A stretch of 64,000 nucleotides of DNA, taken from a virus. The translations under genes and the position numbers were made by a program. Shown here piece after piece: positions 1-9,595 of the stretch. The number at the start of each line of letters is the position of its first letter. Positions within the stretch are counted from its first letter, which is position 1. The notes under the pieces are model-generated. The model worked only from the letters and a program-made list of their open reading frames with translations, was not told where the DNA came from and did not search any database. The stretch lies in the UHGV virus genome UHGV-0240317, one strand, 5' to 3'.

Positions 1-166
1 ACGCATTGTCACTCAGTAAGAAATCCGAGTTCATTGATTATGTCAATGGATTTGGTTTTAAGTTTGATGAGAGTATGAATCTTAAAAAACTTAAGAACCT
101 ACTTAAGACCAAAGCTTAAGTGTGAATAGGGGCTGATGCCCCTTTAACTATTTATAAGGATATTTA

Positions 167-538
167 ATGAAAGCTAAGAGTGCAAAAGACTTTTATTGCT
201 TCCTACAATCCTATATCAATTCCGTGCAAAATGGTGAAAGGTACAACCTTAATGATGTTATCCCAACACCTTTGACATGGAGACTCAGTAAATGGCCTGA
301 AGAAGATATTACACCAACAAGCGAACAACGCACCTACAAACCTGAAATCAATATTCCAGACTCTGAGAATCTATTATATCCAATGTTCCATATTGTTGGT
401 CTTGGAAGATTCCTTATGGATATCCAGTATGTAATTGGTAAAGGTTATAAGGTTAAAGGTATCGTTGTTGGTGATGTATCTCCGCATCACAAAGGTTATT
501 TTAGACTAAACGCACATTTAGAGGCTAAAAAGAAATGA
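167..538 (+). CDS. hypothetical protein; paralog of the N-terminal domain of the next gene
   Basis: ORF track; residues resemble the first ~120 aa of the 535..1917 product (MKAKSAKDF... vs MIKAKTYPDF..., shared YKP, MDLQY/MDIQY motifs). Confidence 0.6.
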   Translation: MKAKSAKDFYCFLQSYINSVQNGERYNLNDVIPTPLTWRLSKWPEEDITPTSEQRTYKPEINIPDSENLLYPMFHIVGLGRFLMDIQYVIGKGYKVKGIVVGDVSPHHKGYFRLNAHLEAKKK

Positions 539-1917
539 TTAAAGCAAAGACTTACCCAGACTTCAAAGAGTTTGTGAAGGGTTTCATTGCAAATGTAAAG
601 GCTGGTAAGAGATATGATTTTAGAACATATCAAGAGGCTATTTTACCACTCACCTATAGCTCGTATTGGCCTGAAGCTGATATTGCAGAAGTTGAGAAGT
701 TTGACTACAAACCAGACTACAAAGTCCCATTTAGTGATGAGTTGCTTTACAGCGTTGGCGCTCAAATGAGAACTTCTGACTTCTTCATGGACTTACAATA
801 TGCAATTATCAATGGTAAAGACGTTGATACTGTTTATTGTGAATGGCTGGCAAGAGTTAAACCGTTCTCAATGTTGAATGCTAAGTTGAAGGATGCTATC
901 AAGCCACCATCAATCACTCAGCAACCAACAAATCAAACAGTAAATGAAGGTGGCACACTTACCCTAAGCGTTATTGCAACCAATGCCACTGGCTATCAAT
1001 GGAAAAAGGATGGTGAGGATATCACTAGTGCCACATCTGCAACCTACACAAAACAGTCTGTAGCACCTTCTGATGCTGGTTCTTATACTTGTGTTGTGTC
1101 TGGAGAGGCTGGGACAAGTGTTACCTCAGATGCGGCAACAGTTACTGTCAACGCACTGCCTGTGATTACACAGCAACCTTCTAGCCAGACCATCAATGAG
1201 GGTGGAAACATCAGCTTGGAAGTGACTGCAACAGGTGCAACGGGTTACCAGTGGAAGAAAGATGGCTCTGACATTCCTTCGGCTACAGAGGCTACCTATA
1301 GCAAGTCTGGTGCGCTGCCAGCAGATGCAGGTTCATACACTTGCGTTGTAACAGGTGCAGGTGGTTCTGTAACATCTAATGCTGCAACGGTTACTGTGAA
1401 TGCACTTCCTGTCATCACTCAACAGCCAACTGCAAAAACAGTTAATGAGGGTGGCACACTGACACTTGACATCGTTGCAACAGGTGCAACAGGCTACCAG
1501 TGGAGCAAAGATAATGTAAGTATTGGTGGAGCAAACTCTGCAACCTTTACCAAAGCTGGTGTAACGCCTGCTGATGCTGGGTCTTACAAATGTACGGTGA
1601 CAGGTGCTGGTGGTGCAGTGGAATCTAATGCCGCTGTAGTAACTGTGAACACGCTTCCAGTAATTACTCAACAGCCAACCAATCAAGAAATCACTGAAGG
1701 TGAGACCTTAACGCTGAATGTTGTAGCAACAGGTGCAACAGGTTACCAGTGGAAGAAAGGTGAGGAAGACATTCTCGATGCAACTACTGCAACTTACACC
1801 AAAGAAGGTGCAACCGCTGCTGATGCAGGAAGCTACACCTGTGTAGTTACTGGTGCAGGTGGTTCTGTAACATCTAATGCAGCAACGGTTACTGTTAACC
1901 CAGCAGGAGGGGCATAA
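535..1917 (+). CDS. protein with unknown N-terminal domain followed by four tandem Ig-like (I-set-like) repeats
   Basis: four ~80 aa repeats each with PVITQQPT..NEGG..ATGATGYQWKKDG..AGSYTCVVTGAGGSVTSNAATVTVN. Confidence 0.8.
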   Translation: MIKAKTYPDFKEFVKGFIANVKAGKRYDFRTYQEAILPLTYSSYWPEADIAEVEKFDYKPDYKVPFSDELLYSVGAQMRTSDFFMDLQYAIINGKDVDTVYCEWLARVKPFSMLNAKLKDAIKPPSITQQPTNQTVNEGGTLTLSVIATNATGYQWKKDGEDITSATSATYTKQSVAPSDAGSYTCVVSGEAGTSVTSDAATVTVNALPVITQQPSSQTINEGGNISLEVTATGATGYQWKKDGSDIPSATEATYSKSGALPADAGSYTCVVTGAGGSVTSNAATVTVNALPVITQQPTAKTVNEGGTLTLDIVATGATGYQWSKDNVSIGGANSATFTKAGVTPADAGSYKCTVTGAGGAVESNAAVVTVNTLPVITQQPTNQEITEGETLTLNVVATGATGYQWKKGEEDILDATTATYTKEGATAADAGSYTCVVTGAGGSVTSNAATVTVNPAGGA

Positions 1918-2381
1918 TGCAACTCTCACAGAAAGGTTTAGAAGCTATTAAGTTCTTTGAAGGTCTTAAGTTAGAGGCTTACGAAGATTCTGCTGGAATC
2001 CCAACAATTGGGTATGGGACAATCCGTATTGGTGGTAAACCTGTTAAGATAGGTATGGAAATTACTGCTGAGCAAGCTGAACAGTATCTTCTCGCAGATG
2101 TTGAAAAGTTTGTTGCAGCAGTGAACAAAGCTATCAAGGTTCCAACTTCTCAGAATGAGTTCGATGCACTTGTAAGTGAAACATACAACATCGGTATCAC
2201 AGCTATGCAGGATTCTACATTTATCAAGCGCCACAATGCTGGTAATAAGGTAGGTTGTGCAGAAGCTATGCAGTGGTGGAACAAGGTTACAGTCAAAGGT
2301 AAGAAGGTCACTTCAAACGGACTGAAAAACAGACGTAGAATGGAAGCTGACATTTATCTTGACAGTGTATATCCAAAGTAA
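1917..2381 (+). CDS. endolysin, GH24 (T4 lysozyme-like) muramidase
   Basis: EGLKLEAYEDSAGIPTIGYGT aligns with T4 lysozyme [21 protein letters not shown] (catalytic Glu/Asp/Thr); 154 aa. Confidence 0.9.
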   Translation: MQLSQKGLEAIKFFEGLKLEAYEDSAGIPTIGYGTIRIGGKPVKIGMEITAEQAEQYLLADVEKFVAAVNKAIKVPTSQNEFDALVSETYNIGITAMQDSTFIKRHNAGNKVGCAEAMQWWNKVTVKGKKVTSNGLKNRRRMEADIYLDSVYPK

Positions 2382-2389
2382 TATCTTCA

Positions 2390-2417
2390 TAGGCTCCTTC
2401 GGGAGCCTTTTTATTTT
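2390..2417 (+). terminator. rho-independent terminator
   Basis: hairpin AGGCTCC-ttcg-GGAGCCT followed by T-run. Confidence 0.7.
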
Positions 2418-2431
2418 CTAAGGAGAAAACT

Positions 2432-2830
2432 ATGAAACTTTGGGCTAGTGACTTTGGAACTTTTAAGTACACTCGTGATGGTTCAATGGTGAGGATTATT
2501 GGCAGCCAGATTGTAGTAAGTGGTGATGAGGTTTGTACAAAGTTCACTGTAGAGTTAGCTGAGCTATCGCCTATTACCCGTTCTAAAAATGGGTTTTTCA
2601 GGTTCGAGATTTACAAAGTAGATGAGTACGGTCGGTTCAACCCTCTTGGGGAAAGTGGATTAGACATTATTTCTGAACACCCATTGACAGCAGAGCAATT
2701 GTCGGGTTATTATAAAACTCTACTTGAAAGAGAGTTAGCAACCCATGAGTGTGAAGCAAAATATCATATAGAGCGTTGCGAAACTCTCAAAGAAAAGATA
2801 AAACTAGCAGAGAGAGGTGATTATGAGTAA
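2432..2830 (+). CDS. hypothetical protein
   Basis: ORF with AGGAG RBS upstream; operon context. Confidence 0.6.
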   Translation: MKLWASDFGTFKYTRDGSMVRIIGSQIVVSGDEVCTKFTVELAELSPITRSKNGFFRFEIYKVDEYGRFNPLGESGLDIISEHPLTAEQLSGYYKTLLERELATHECEAKYHIERCETLKEKIKLAERGDYE

Positions 2831-3221
2831 AGAAATCCCAGTATTAGTTGATGTTACACCTTATGCAAACTGGCTTGATGCAGCATATGCAGAAGCAAAG
2901 ATTTTTGAATTTGACGGTATTCTAAGATTAAAATTTATTAATAATGGTAAAACCCTGTTCCATGTACGTGATGATGCAGATGGTTGTCCTGTTTTTGGAA
3001 TCTTTGATGAAGTATACCCGAAATACGCAATCCACTACCCAGATGGCGGTGAAGACTGGACAACCAAATCAATCTTTGATGAGCTTAATGGTGTTCCATT
3101 TGAGCAAGAAGAAGAAGAAGCGGAAGAACCTGTTGAACTCACCTTCACTTTTATCAAAGAAGAGAAAGTGGGTGACTTATCAGTAACTGAAGCAATTCAA
3201 GTCTCACAGGTTATTCGTTAA
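2817..3221 (+). CDS. hypothetical protein (acidic)
   Basis: ORF with GAGGTGA RBS; overlaps neighbours by a few nt. Confidence 0.6.
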   Translation: MIMSKEIPVLVDVTPYANWLDAAYAEAKIFEFDGILRLKFINNGKTLFHVRDDADGCPVFGIFDEVYPKYAIHYPDGGEDWTTKSIFDELNGVPFEQEEEEAEEPVELTFTFIKEEKVGDLSVTEAIQVSQVIR

Positions 3222-3514
3222 TGAGTAAAGTACAGGTTATTTTCCCAATTTGTGACTTCTCACTAGAGCGTGAACTTGACCTGTATGAAGAAATTACTGA
3301 CGAAATCATCTGGTCTGTTGTAGAAGAGGCTATCAAGAAACTGTATGGTGGCCTCTTAAACCCATCAAGTAAAAAGCTCAATACTAAACAAGTAGCTGAT
3401 ACGTACACTTCATATGATGCCTACAACAAACCTTTTGAGAATACCTGCTTTGACCTTATGGTAGGTAATAACAAAGTCAACTATTTCTTCGTCAGAGAGT
3501 TTAACGATGAGTAA
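3221..3514 (+). CDS. hypothetical protein
   Basis: ORF track; tight packing. Confidence 0.5.
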   Translation: MSKVQVIFPICDFSLERELDLYEEITDEIIWSVVEEAIKKLYGGLLNPSSKKLNTKQVADTYTSYDAYNKPFENTCFDLMVGNNKVNYFFVREFNDE

Positions 3515-3851
3515 GCTCCATGTCACAGTGTACAAAAACTTCTCAGACATCAAAGAGTCTTTAACAAATAAGCTTGACTTACAACGTAAAAGACTCTTTT
3601 TAATGTATGACATAGACAACTACGACCATCCTAAAGAGTTTAACTACAAAGATGGTACAAAGGTTGTTGAATTTGAAGATTCTGTAACAGTGTATGTCAA
3701 ACATGACTTACCAGCAAAGTACATAGGGATGTTAGAGTACTATATATTCAAACATACAGGTATGCGCGGTGAATCTGTCAAGATATCTTCTATAGAAGTT
3801 TTTGAGAAACCTAACACACAACTTAAAAAGTATTTAATGAGGAAACTGTAA
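3507..3851 (+). CDS. hypothetical protein
   Basis: ORF track; tight packing. Confidence 0.55.
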   Translation: MSKLHVTVYKNFSDIKESLTNKLDLQRKRLFLMYDIDNYDHPKEFNYKDGTKVVEFEDSVTVYVKHDLPAKYIGMLEYYIFKHTGMRGESVKISSIEVFEKPNTQLKKYLMRKL

Positions 3852-4432
3852 TGTCCGAAGAGCAACAGAATATTACCCCACAAGTAACACTAGTCCAACA
3901 TTTTGGGAACATTGAAGGTTGTGTTGCACTTTTTCAACCAAGTATCAATTCTCCTGCAAAAGTCTGTAAGTTGACTATGAATGTCAACAATATCAGTGTT
4001 TGCCTTGTTGATGAAGTACAATACTTCAAATTCAATGACAGAGAAGTTGATGCTGCACTATTGAAGTATCGAGCAAGCCTCGAAAAAGACATTGACCACA
4101 AAGAACTTGTCACACTGTTTGGTGACCTACACAAGCTTCTTGAAAAGGTTATTAAGCGTACATACTACATGAACAATGGTTCAATCATCACAACTTTGAT
4201 TTCTCCATGTATCTCAGAGCCAATTCTGACAGATGACGGTGGATACTATGTGGTAGCATCAGCAGATTCTGATTGGTGGATGAAGAACACAGCACTTAAA
4301 ACAGTGATTGAGGCTATCCGTGAACACATTCCTTCATTCAGCCCGTGGAAAGGTAAAAGTGATGATTTCATTGCACTGTTGAGTGAAGAGAGTAACAAGC
4401 GCAGTGCATTGCTGCCTAAAAAATACTCTTGA
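3851..4432 (+). CDS. hypothetical protein
   Basis: ORF with GAGGAAA RBS. Confidence 0.6.
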   Translation: MSEEQQNITPQVTLVQHFGNIEGCVALFQPSINSPAKVCKLTMNVNNISVCLVDEVQYFKFNDREVDAALLKYRASLEKDIDHKELVTLFGDLHKLLEKVIKRTYYMNNGSIITTLISPCISEPILTDDGGYYVVASADSDWWMKNTALKTVIEAIREHIPSFSPWKGKSDDFIALLSEESNKRSALLPKKYS

Positions 4433-4457
4433 CCGAGTATACAATATTGATTATGAT

Positions 4458-4487
4458 GGGAACTATCGAGAGGTAGTTCCCTTTTTA
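4458..4487 (+). terminator. rho-independent terminator-like hairpin
   Basis: GGGAACTA-tcgagagg-TAGTTCCC followed by TTTTT; a TTGACC-17-TATGAT promoter-like sequence lies immediately upstream (4429-4457). Confidence 0.55.
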
Positions 4488-4504
4488 GTTTCTGGAGAGT
4501 AGAT

Positions 4505-5050
4505 ATGGCTAAAGTAAAAGAACACGATAAAATTATTTTGTATGTTAAACAGAATCCTTCAAAAAGTGTTGAGGCTGTTGTAACACATATCTCACACAAT
4601 GGTACAGTTTATTTCCGACCACTGAAGAACTTAGACTTTGACACAACACCAAACCACACATTCAGTACTTCCGCAAGACTGTGTGCAGGGACTGTATACT
4701 CAACTGCTGAGATTGATTCCTTATCTTTCACAGGTGCTTACAAAAACTTTATAGGGATTGCCCTAAAGGACTCTGAAGAATCTTTTAAATTTTTCATGGA
4801 GACTAATAAATGTTGCTACGCACATGTTATGCCAGTCTATAAGAAAGTTGATACAGAACTTACCAGTAAGTGCGAAGAGATTAGTAGTGACCTGAAGGAG
4901 CGCAAAACAGCTATTCAGAATGCCATTTACATCATTGAGAGGAACCATTTAGAAGTTCTTTTCAGAGATATGCTAAAAGCTGGTTTTACTCCAAACGAAA
5001 TTACAAGAGAAACACAACGCCAGTTCAGAAATGCTATGGTGAAAGAATGA
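4505..5050 (+). CDS. hypothetical protein
   Basis: ORF with GGAGAG RBS. Confidence 0.6.
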   Translation: MAKVKEHDKIILYVKQNPSKSVEAVVTHISHNGTVYFRPLKNLDFDTTPNHTFSTSARLCAGTVYSTAEIDSLSFTGAYKNFIGIALKDSEESFKFFMETNKCCYAHVMPVYKKVDTELTSKCEEISSDLKERKTAIQNAIYIIERNHLEVLFRDMLKAGFTPNEITRETQRQFRNAMVKE

Positions 5051-5265
5051 AAAAACTAACTACAGTTGAAGACTACTACAAACTGTCCCTGTTAGAGCAG
5101 TATCATAGGAGCCAGAATATCAGAAAATGCTACGGTAAACACGCTGAAGGTGACTTTTACCGTTGCTACGATGCAGATTTAAAAGGTGTAACACCTAGAG
5201 GGAAAGTCCTGCAAAGACTTGTTGACCTTGAGTGGAACAAACGATTGAGGGGGGTTGGAAAATGA
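5047..5265 (+). CDS. hypothetical protein
   Basis: ORF track. Confidence 0.5.
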   Translation: MKKLTTVEDYYKLSLLEQYHRSQNIRKCYGKHAEGDFYRCYDADLKGVTPRGKVLQRLVDLEWNKRLRGVGK

Positions 5266-5765
5266 TTTACGAAGAAAGATACAAGATAGATTATCAGAAG
5301 ACTGGTCATCATACTTCACTAAGAGTAACCAAACCAAATGGAGATACTGGTATCATAGCACATTTTGGTGGTGATTATTGGTACGGTACAGGTTGCTTTG
5401 AAGGCTACACTCAAGAATACTTGAAAGCTTTCTACAGAGACTTTACAAATGACTACAACAGGGTTGTTGAAGAGAAGAATAAGTGCATTAAGCATGAATA
5501 TCATGCCAGAGGTTGTCTGAATATTGTTATGATACTGGTTTTCTTCTTAGCAACATTACTATCCGTATCAGCAATCAGCTACATAGCTCAAGACTTGACC
5601 ACTACACAGATTAATGCAAAGGTACATGATGTTTGGTACTTGTATGCTGTTCCTTTAGCTGGTATCATCATCTCACTAATGAGGTTCAGAGTTCATAAGA
5701 AACGACTTAAGAATTCTGAGGTTAAACTTGAAGAGGTAAGTAAAGAATGCAACCTACAATTATAG
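5262..5765 (+). CDS. hypothetical membrane protein
   Basis: ATG at 5262 preceded by GGGGG RBS; two hydrophobic segments near C-terminus. Confidence 0.55.
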   Translation: MIYEERYKIDYQKTGHHTSLRVTKPNGDTGIIAHFGGDYWYGTGCFEGYTQEYLKAFYRDFTNDYNRVVEEKNKCIKHEYHARGCLNIVMILVFFLATLLSVSAISYIAQDLTTTQINAKVHDVWYLYAVPLAGIIISLMRFRVHKKRLKNSEVKLEEVSKECNLQL

Positions 5766-5841
5766 CTGTATGTGTTCGTTTTGCAATCGCTGAAATGATT
5801 AACAAGGCAATCTTAAAAGATGCCTATGGAGAGACTAAGTA

Positions 5842-6066
5842 ATGATTAAGACACCTGTACCAATTTTTGGATTTCCTTCTATTGAAGAGTTCAAAGTTTA
5901 TCTTGACAAAAACTTCTACAATGAGCAGCCTGTTACTTTGCTGAAGAGCGACTTATCAGAACTTCTTGATATGGTTATTAAGGCAACTTCTGAGAAGGAG
6001 CCTGAACAGAAAGCTGAGAAGAAGACTAGTAAGAAATCCGATAAGAAGACTGAAAAGTCTGAGTAG
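5842..6066 (+). CDS. hypothetical protein with lysine-rich C-terminal tail
   Basis: ORF with GGAGAG RBS. Confidence 0.5.
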   Translation: MIKTPVPIFGFPSIEEFKVYLDKNFYNEQPVTLLKSDLSELLDMVIKATSEKEPEQKAEKKTSKKSDKKTEKSE

Positions 6067-6120
6067 TAGCTTGAGGGGGTTACTTGATAGCCCCTTTGTA
6101 GAAACTTAGAAGGTAGCGAA

Positions 6121-6549
6121 ATGAAAGAGTATGTAGGTAAAGAGCTTGACATTGTAGATGCAAAGACACAGAGGTATATAACCACTGTTAAGTTTCTTGG
6201 AATTAGTGATATGAGTGATTTTTATCCTCTCCACTGCATAGTGCTAGACAAATTTGAGGTCTGTGGTATTAATTTTAATGAGGATAACTTTATAAGCTTT
6301 GATAAGGACGGTTTCTGGCGTGGTAAGAATCATCCTCAAGCAAATGATTTTGATATGCGTCTAGTGATACCACAAAAAGGTAACCAACAAAACGTAAAAG
6401 ATATCCTTGTAGAAGCCTATGCAGAAGGTATAATAGATGTTGTGAATGATGTTGAAAAAGCTTTAAAACTCATCATGCCACATTTAGAATCTGGAAAGCT
6501 GACTTTAGAGATGCTTAATAGGGTTATTCGGAGAGCTTATGAAAATTAA
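6121..6549 (+). CDS. hypothetical protein
   Basis: ORF with RBS. Confidence 0.6.
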   Translation: MKEYVGKELDIVDAKTQRYITTVKFLGISDMSDFYPLHCIVLDKFEVCGINFNEDNFISFDKDGFWRGKNHPQANDFDMRLVIPQKGNQQNVKDILVEAYAEGIIDVVNDVEKALKLIMPHLESGKLTLEMLNRVIRRAYEN

Positions 6550-7003
6550 AGAAGTAGTCCAAAAAGCAATGCTTGACAACTCAACTAAAGACGAAATGTA
6601 CAAAGAAATTTGTGATAAGTTGAATTGCTCAAGACATGCTGCTAAGGTTCTTGTACATTGTTTTATCTGGGAATGTTCAGAAGCTTATATGCAATATGTA
6701 GCGTTTGAAAGTTCTCACTTACTAGGTGATGTAGAAGCTGGTGAGAAGCTAAAAGAACCTGAGATGAAAACAGTCCCTAGAGTCGGTAATACATACCCTC
6801 TTAAAGATTTCAAGACTGGAAAGATTGTTGCAAAAGGTGTAGTAGAGTCTGTCTACCATGATGGTAAATACTTACTTAAAATATTTGAGTATGATAGCTA
6901 CTATACGCACTTATGTGGGATTACATTCTTGGTAACAGAAGAAGACCTCATTAAGAACAATGACAACAAGTTTGCAGTACCAGATTACCAAGTTTTACGA
7001 TAA
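6539..7003 (+). CDS. hypothetical protein
   Basis: ORF track. Confidence 0.6.
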   Translation: MKIKEVVQKAMLDNSTKDEMYKEICDKLNCSRHAAKVLVHCFIWECSEAYMQYVAFESSHLLGDVEAGEKLKEPEMKTVPRVGNTYPLKDFKTGKIVAKGVVESVYHDGKYLLKIFEYDSYYTHLCGITFLVTEEDLIKNNDNKFAVPDYQVLR

Positions 7004-7016
7004 TGGTGTGATAGAT

Positions 7017-7565
7017 ATGGAAAAAGATAACTTAAAAGAAGTTGAAGGTAACTACCTAGTCCTTGACTGGAGTGATGCTCAAGAAGCACTCTCTGAAGAA
7101 AGTCTTGACAGATTAAAACAGATTGTTTTTGCAGTACGTGGTTACAGAGAAGTTAAAAATGGTAAAGAGCCACTTGAAGGAATCTTTGTAGAGAAGTCTT
7201 ATCCGTTCTATGAAGACACTTTACAGAAAGTTAAGATGTACTTTAGACAGAAGAACCGTAAAGTAGTCACTATGGTATCTCTTGGTGGACAGAGTATGTC
7301 TGTGATGGAAGATATCAACCCTAAGAGACCGAGTAAAGGTGTTTGTATAAAAATCACAGGTCATGAAGAGTATATCTCAGTGGATGACTTTAGAGCATTC
7401 TGTAGTGGTTCTTGTGTCTTTAATGGTTTTCACTATGATATCCGAGTTTACCCAATCAAGGGTGATGGTATCATGATGCAGGTATTTGATAACAACAATG
7501 GATTTACTCATTTTTATCAGACAACCAAGTCATCATTAAAAACAGTTCTGGAAACACTGATTTAA
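7017..7565 (+). CDS. hypothetical protein
   Basis: ATG at 7017 just after the upstream stop; track ORF extends further 5'. Confidence 0.55.
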   Translation: MEKDNLKEVEGNYLVLDWSDAQEALSEESLDRLKQIVFAVRGYREVKNGKEPLEGIFVEKSYPFYEDTLQKVKMYFRQKNRKVVTMVSLGGQSMSVMEDINPKRPSKGVCIKITGHEEYISVDDFRAFCSGSCVFNGFHYDIRVYPIKGDGIMMQVFDNNNGFTHFYQTTKSSLKTVLETLI

Positions 7566-7575
7566 AATATCTTAA

Positions 7576-7601
7576 GAGCCTCCTTAATTGGGGGCTTTTT
7601 A
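7576..7601 (+). terminator. rho-independent terminator
   Basis: AGCCTCC-ttaatt-GGGGGCT followed by T-run; ends the plus-strand cluster. Confidence 0.6.
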
Positions 7602-7609
7602 ATTTTTAT

Positions 7610-9225
7610 AAAATTTTATCGGTTGTTCCAACCTCTGGGTCACCATCATATGTGAATAAAAATATCTATCCTTCTTAACAACCTTCTTAAGCTTACTCTC
7701 TATATATAGTTATATAGTACTATATAGTATCTTAGTATCTATCTAGTGGTCTTAATAGCCCCTCTGTATAGCCCTTCTAAACACTCTTCTAACAAGCCTT
7801 CTTAACAACCTATACAATCACCTTAACCATCTCTCTACACTCTCTTAGAAGCTCCTATACACCTCTTAATCTCTATGTCAGCTATGTTACTCTCTATAGA
7901 TGTTCACTAGGTATTACTAAGCCTCTATATAGACTTTTTTAACAAACTTAACAGGAGTATCTTTACAGACCTTATCTCACAAGGTCTAACACGGTACTAA
8001 CAAGGTATCTTATAAGCCTGTTATTACCTGTATTTTTAAAAGGCTGTATAGGTAATTATTCAGAATCTTAAAATTTTTATAAAATAGGACTATCAAGTCA
8101 TTTTTTAGGGTCTTTGAAGGAACTGAAAAATATCTGTCTAGGATGTATATCTGCTTGGTAGCCCTTAACAGCTCCCTTACAAGTACTTTGCAGAATTTTA
8201 AAGTATCCTTAACAATCTCTTAACAGTTCTCACACCTTCTTAACAACTCTTCAAAGGTCTTAACAGATTCTTAACAGAACTAACAAGGCTGTAACAAGTT
8301 CTTAACAGTCAATACATGGTATTTATAGTTTCTTAACAGATGACTAATAAGAGCTAACAAGTTAATTTTTAAGAGTTATTTTGTAGGGATTGGTAACAAT
8401 ACCAATTAAGATAATTAACAAGTTTCTAACAAGTGTTTAATCTTTTTAACAAGCTATTAACATGGTCACAGTGGTTGGTTACAAACACAACTTCTCTTTC
8501 TTATCGTTCCCTTTGCTTCTTAGTGATTCTTTAAACATACCTCTTAAAAGCTCTGTACAGCTCTGTATAGCCTCTTTTAAGTCTCTTCCTAGTAGTTACA
8601 CCCCAACTGTACAGATAGCTCTTTATAGGGCTTTACAGGGGCTTTTAAGGCTATGTCAAAGACTCTTACAAGGCTTTTACGTGGTCTTAACAGAGATTTA
8701 ACAAGGGGCTAACAAGTTGCTAACAAGTGCCTTAAAAGCATAACTATGTAGGGTTTGTTAAGAAATTGTTGAGAAAATGTTAAGGGGGCTAGCATTTACG
8801 TAACTTTGAAGATACATTTACGTAACTTTATAGCCCCTTTTACGTAACTTCAAAGTAACTTTAAAGCCCCTATAACATACTTTTTAGTGACTATCAAGGG
8901 GTTGTTTAGTTATTCACAAGATAGCTAACGAGATAATAAAGCTTACACCCTTATAAGATTCTTTTAAGGCTCTAGGAAGCTTTATAAAGGGCTTTTTAGG
9001 GTGAGTTAATGCAATCCCTTAAGTTAGGTTGATAAGGCTGTTATAGAGCTTTATAGAGCGTTTAAATGGGCCATCCCCTTTCTGGGGGTTATTGGCTTTT
9101 ATTTAAGTTGATTTGATAAGAGGTTATAGAGTAGACTATAGAGTTATTGCTTTTAAGGTCTGATAAGATTCTGGAAAGGTGAGGAAAGGGATTGTATAGG
9201 GGTTTGATAAGACGTAAAAAAAAAA
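7610..9225. repeat. ORF-free repeat-rich region (iteron-like motifs)
   Basis: many copies of CTTAACA(A/G)/CTAACAAG, three TTTACGTAACTT (8810-8860), four TGATAAG + TATAGAG (9040-9220); no credible ORF. Confidence 0.6.
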
Positions 9226-9282
9226 GCCCCTATGAGAAGGAGCTTTGAAGGTATCTGGGGCTATTTAGCCCCGCTGCGTCGA
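9225..9282 (-). terminator. terminator-like hairpins ending the minus-strand small-gene cluster
   Basis: GGGGC/GCCCC hairpins followed on the minus strand by a T10 run. Confidence 0.45.
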
Positions 9283-9531
9283 TTAGTTATAATCTTGTTT
9301 GTTGTAGTACAGGGAGACGATTTTTTCTCCCCAATAGTGATAAGTGTGACCATGCGTAAGAACTTCCTGTTTTGTTTCCTCCCAGAACTCATCCGAAGGA
9401 TTATAATCTTTGATGGTCTGACTGATAATACCTTTCACCATTTCAAAGGTGTTATCAGTGCCTGCAATGTCAAATTTAACATCCAGAGAGGAAAAACCGA
9501 ACTCGTTAACAGTAGCGCGGATAGTTGCCAT
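9283..9531 (-). CDS. hypothetical protein
   Basis: ORF preceded by class A conserved upstream element with GGAGA RBS. Confidence 0.55.
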   Translation of the reverse strand: MATIRATVNEFGFSSLDVKFDIAGTDNTFEMVKGIISQTIKDYNPSDEFWEETKQEVLTHGHTYHYWGEKIVSLYYNKQDYN

Positions 9532-9595
9532 TTTTGAATCTCCTAGTTTAAGGGTTTTATTTAGTGGGGGAGGTCATCCCCCGTTGATTGACAAT
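9532..9595 (-). repeat. class A conserved inter-genic element
   Basis: GAATCTCCTAGTTTAAGG..TTTAGTGGGG(G/A)AGGTCAT..CCCCGTTGATTGACAATTTAC. Confidence 0.7.

Noticed and set aside
1-120. Partial CDS at the left edge of the window
   Set aside because: No open frame of useful length could be verified reaching the window edge; the weak hairpin at 127-144 also gave too little support to report as a feature.
1333-1929. Minus-strand ORFs of 117 aa and 73 aa
   Set aside because: Antisense to the Ig-repeat gene; Cys-rich low-complexity translation; shadow ORFs.
4429-4457. TTGACC - 17 nt - TATGAT promoter-like sequence
   Set aside because: It directly abuts the terminator-like hairpin at 4458-4487, so a transcript from it would begin inside the hairpin; kept only as a note on the terminator feature.
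7566-9282. tRNA gene cluster expected in Felix O1-like phages
   Set aside because: No cloverleaf-compatible segments or T-loop-like GGTTCGA(A/T)T motifs seen here or in other inter-genic regions; the tRNA cluster, if any, is outside this window.
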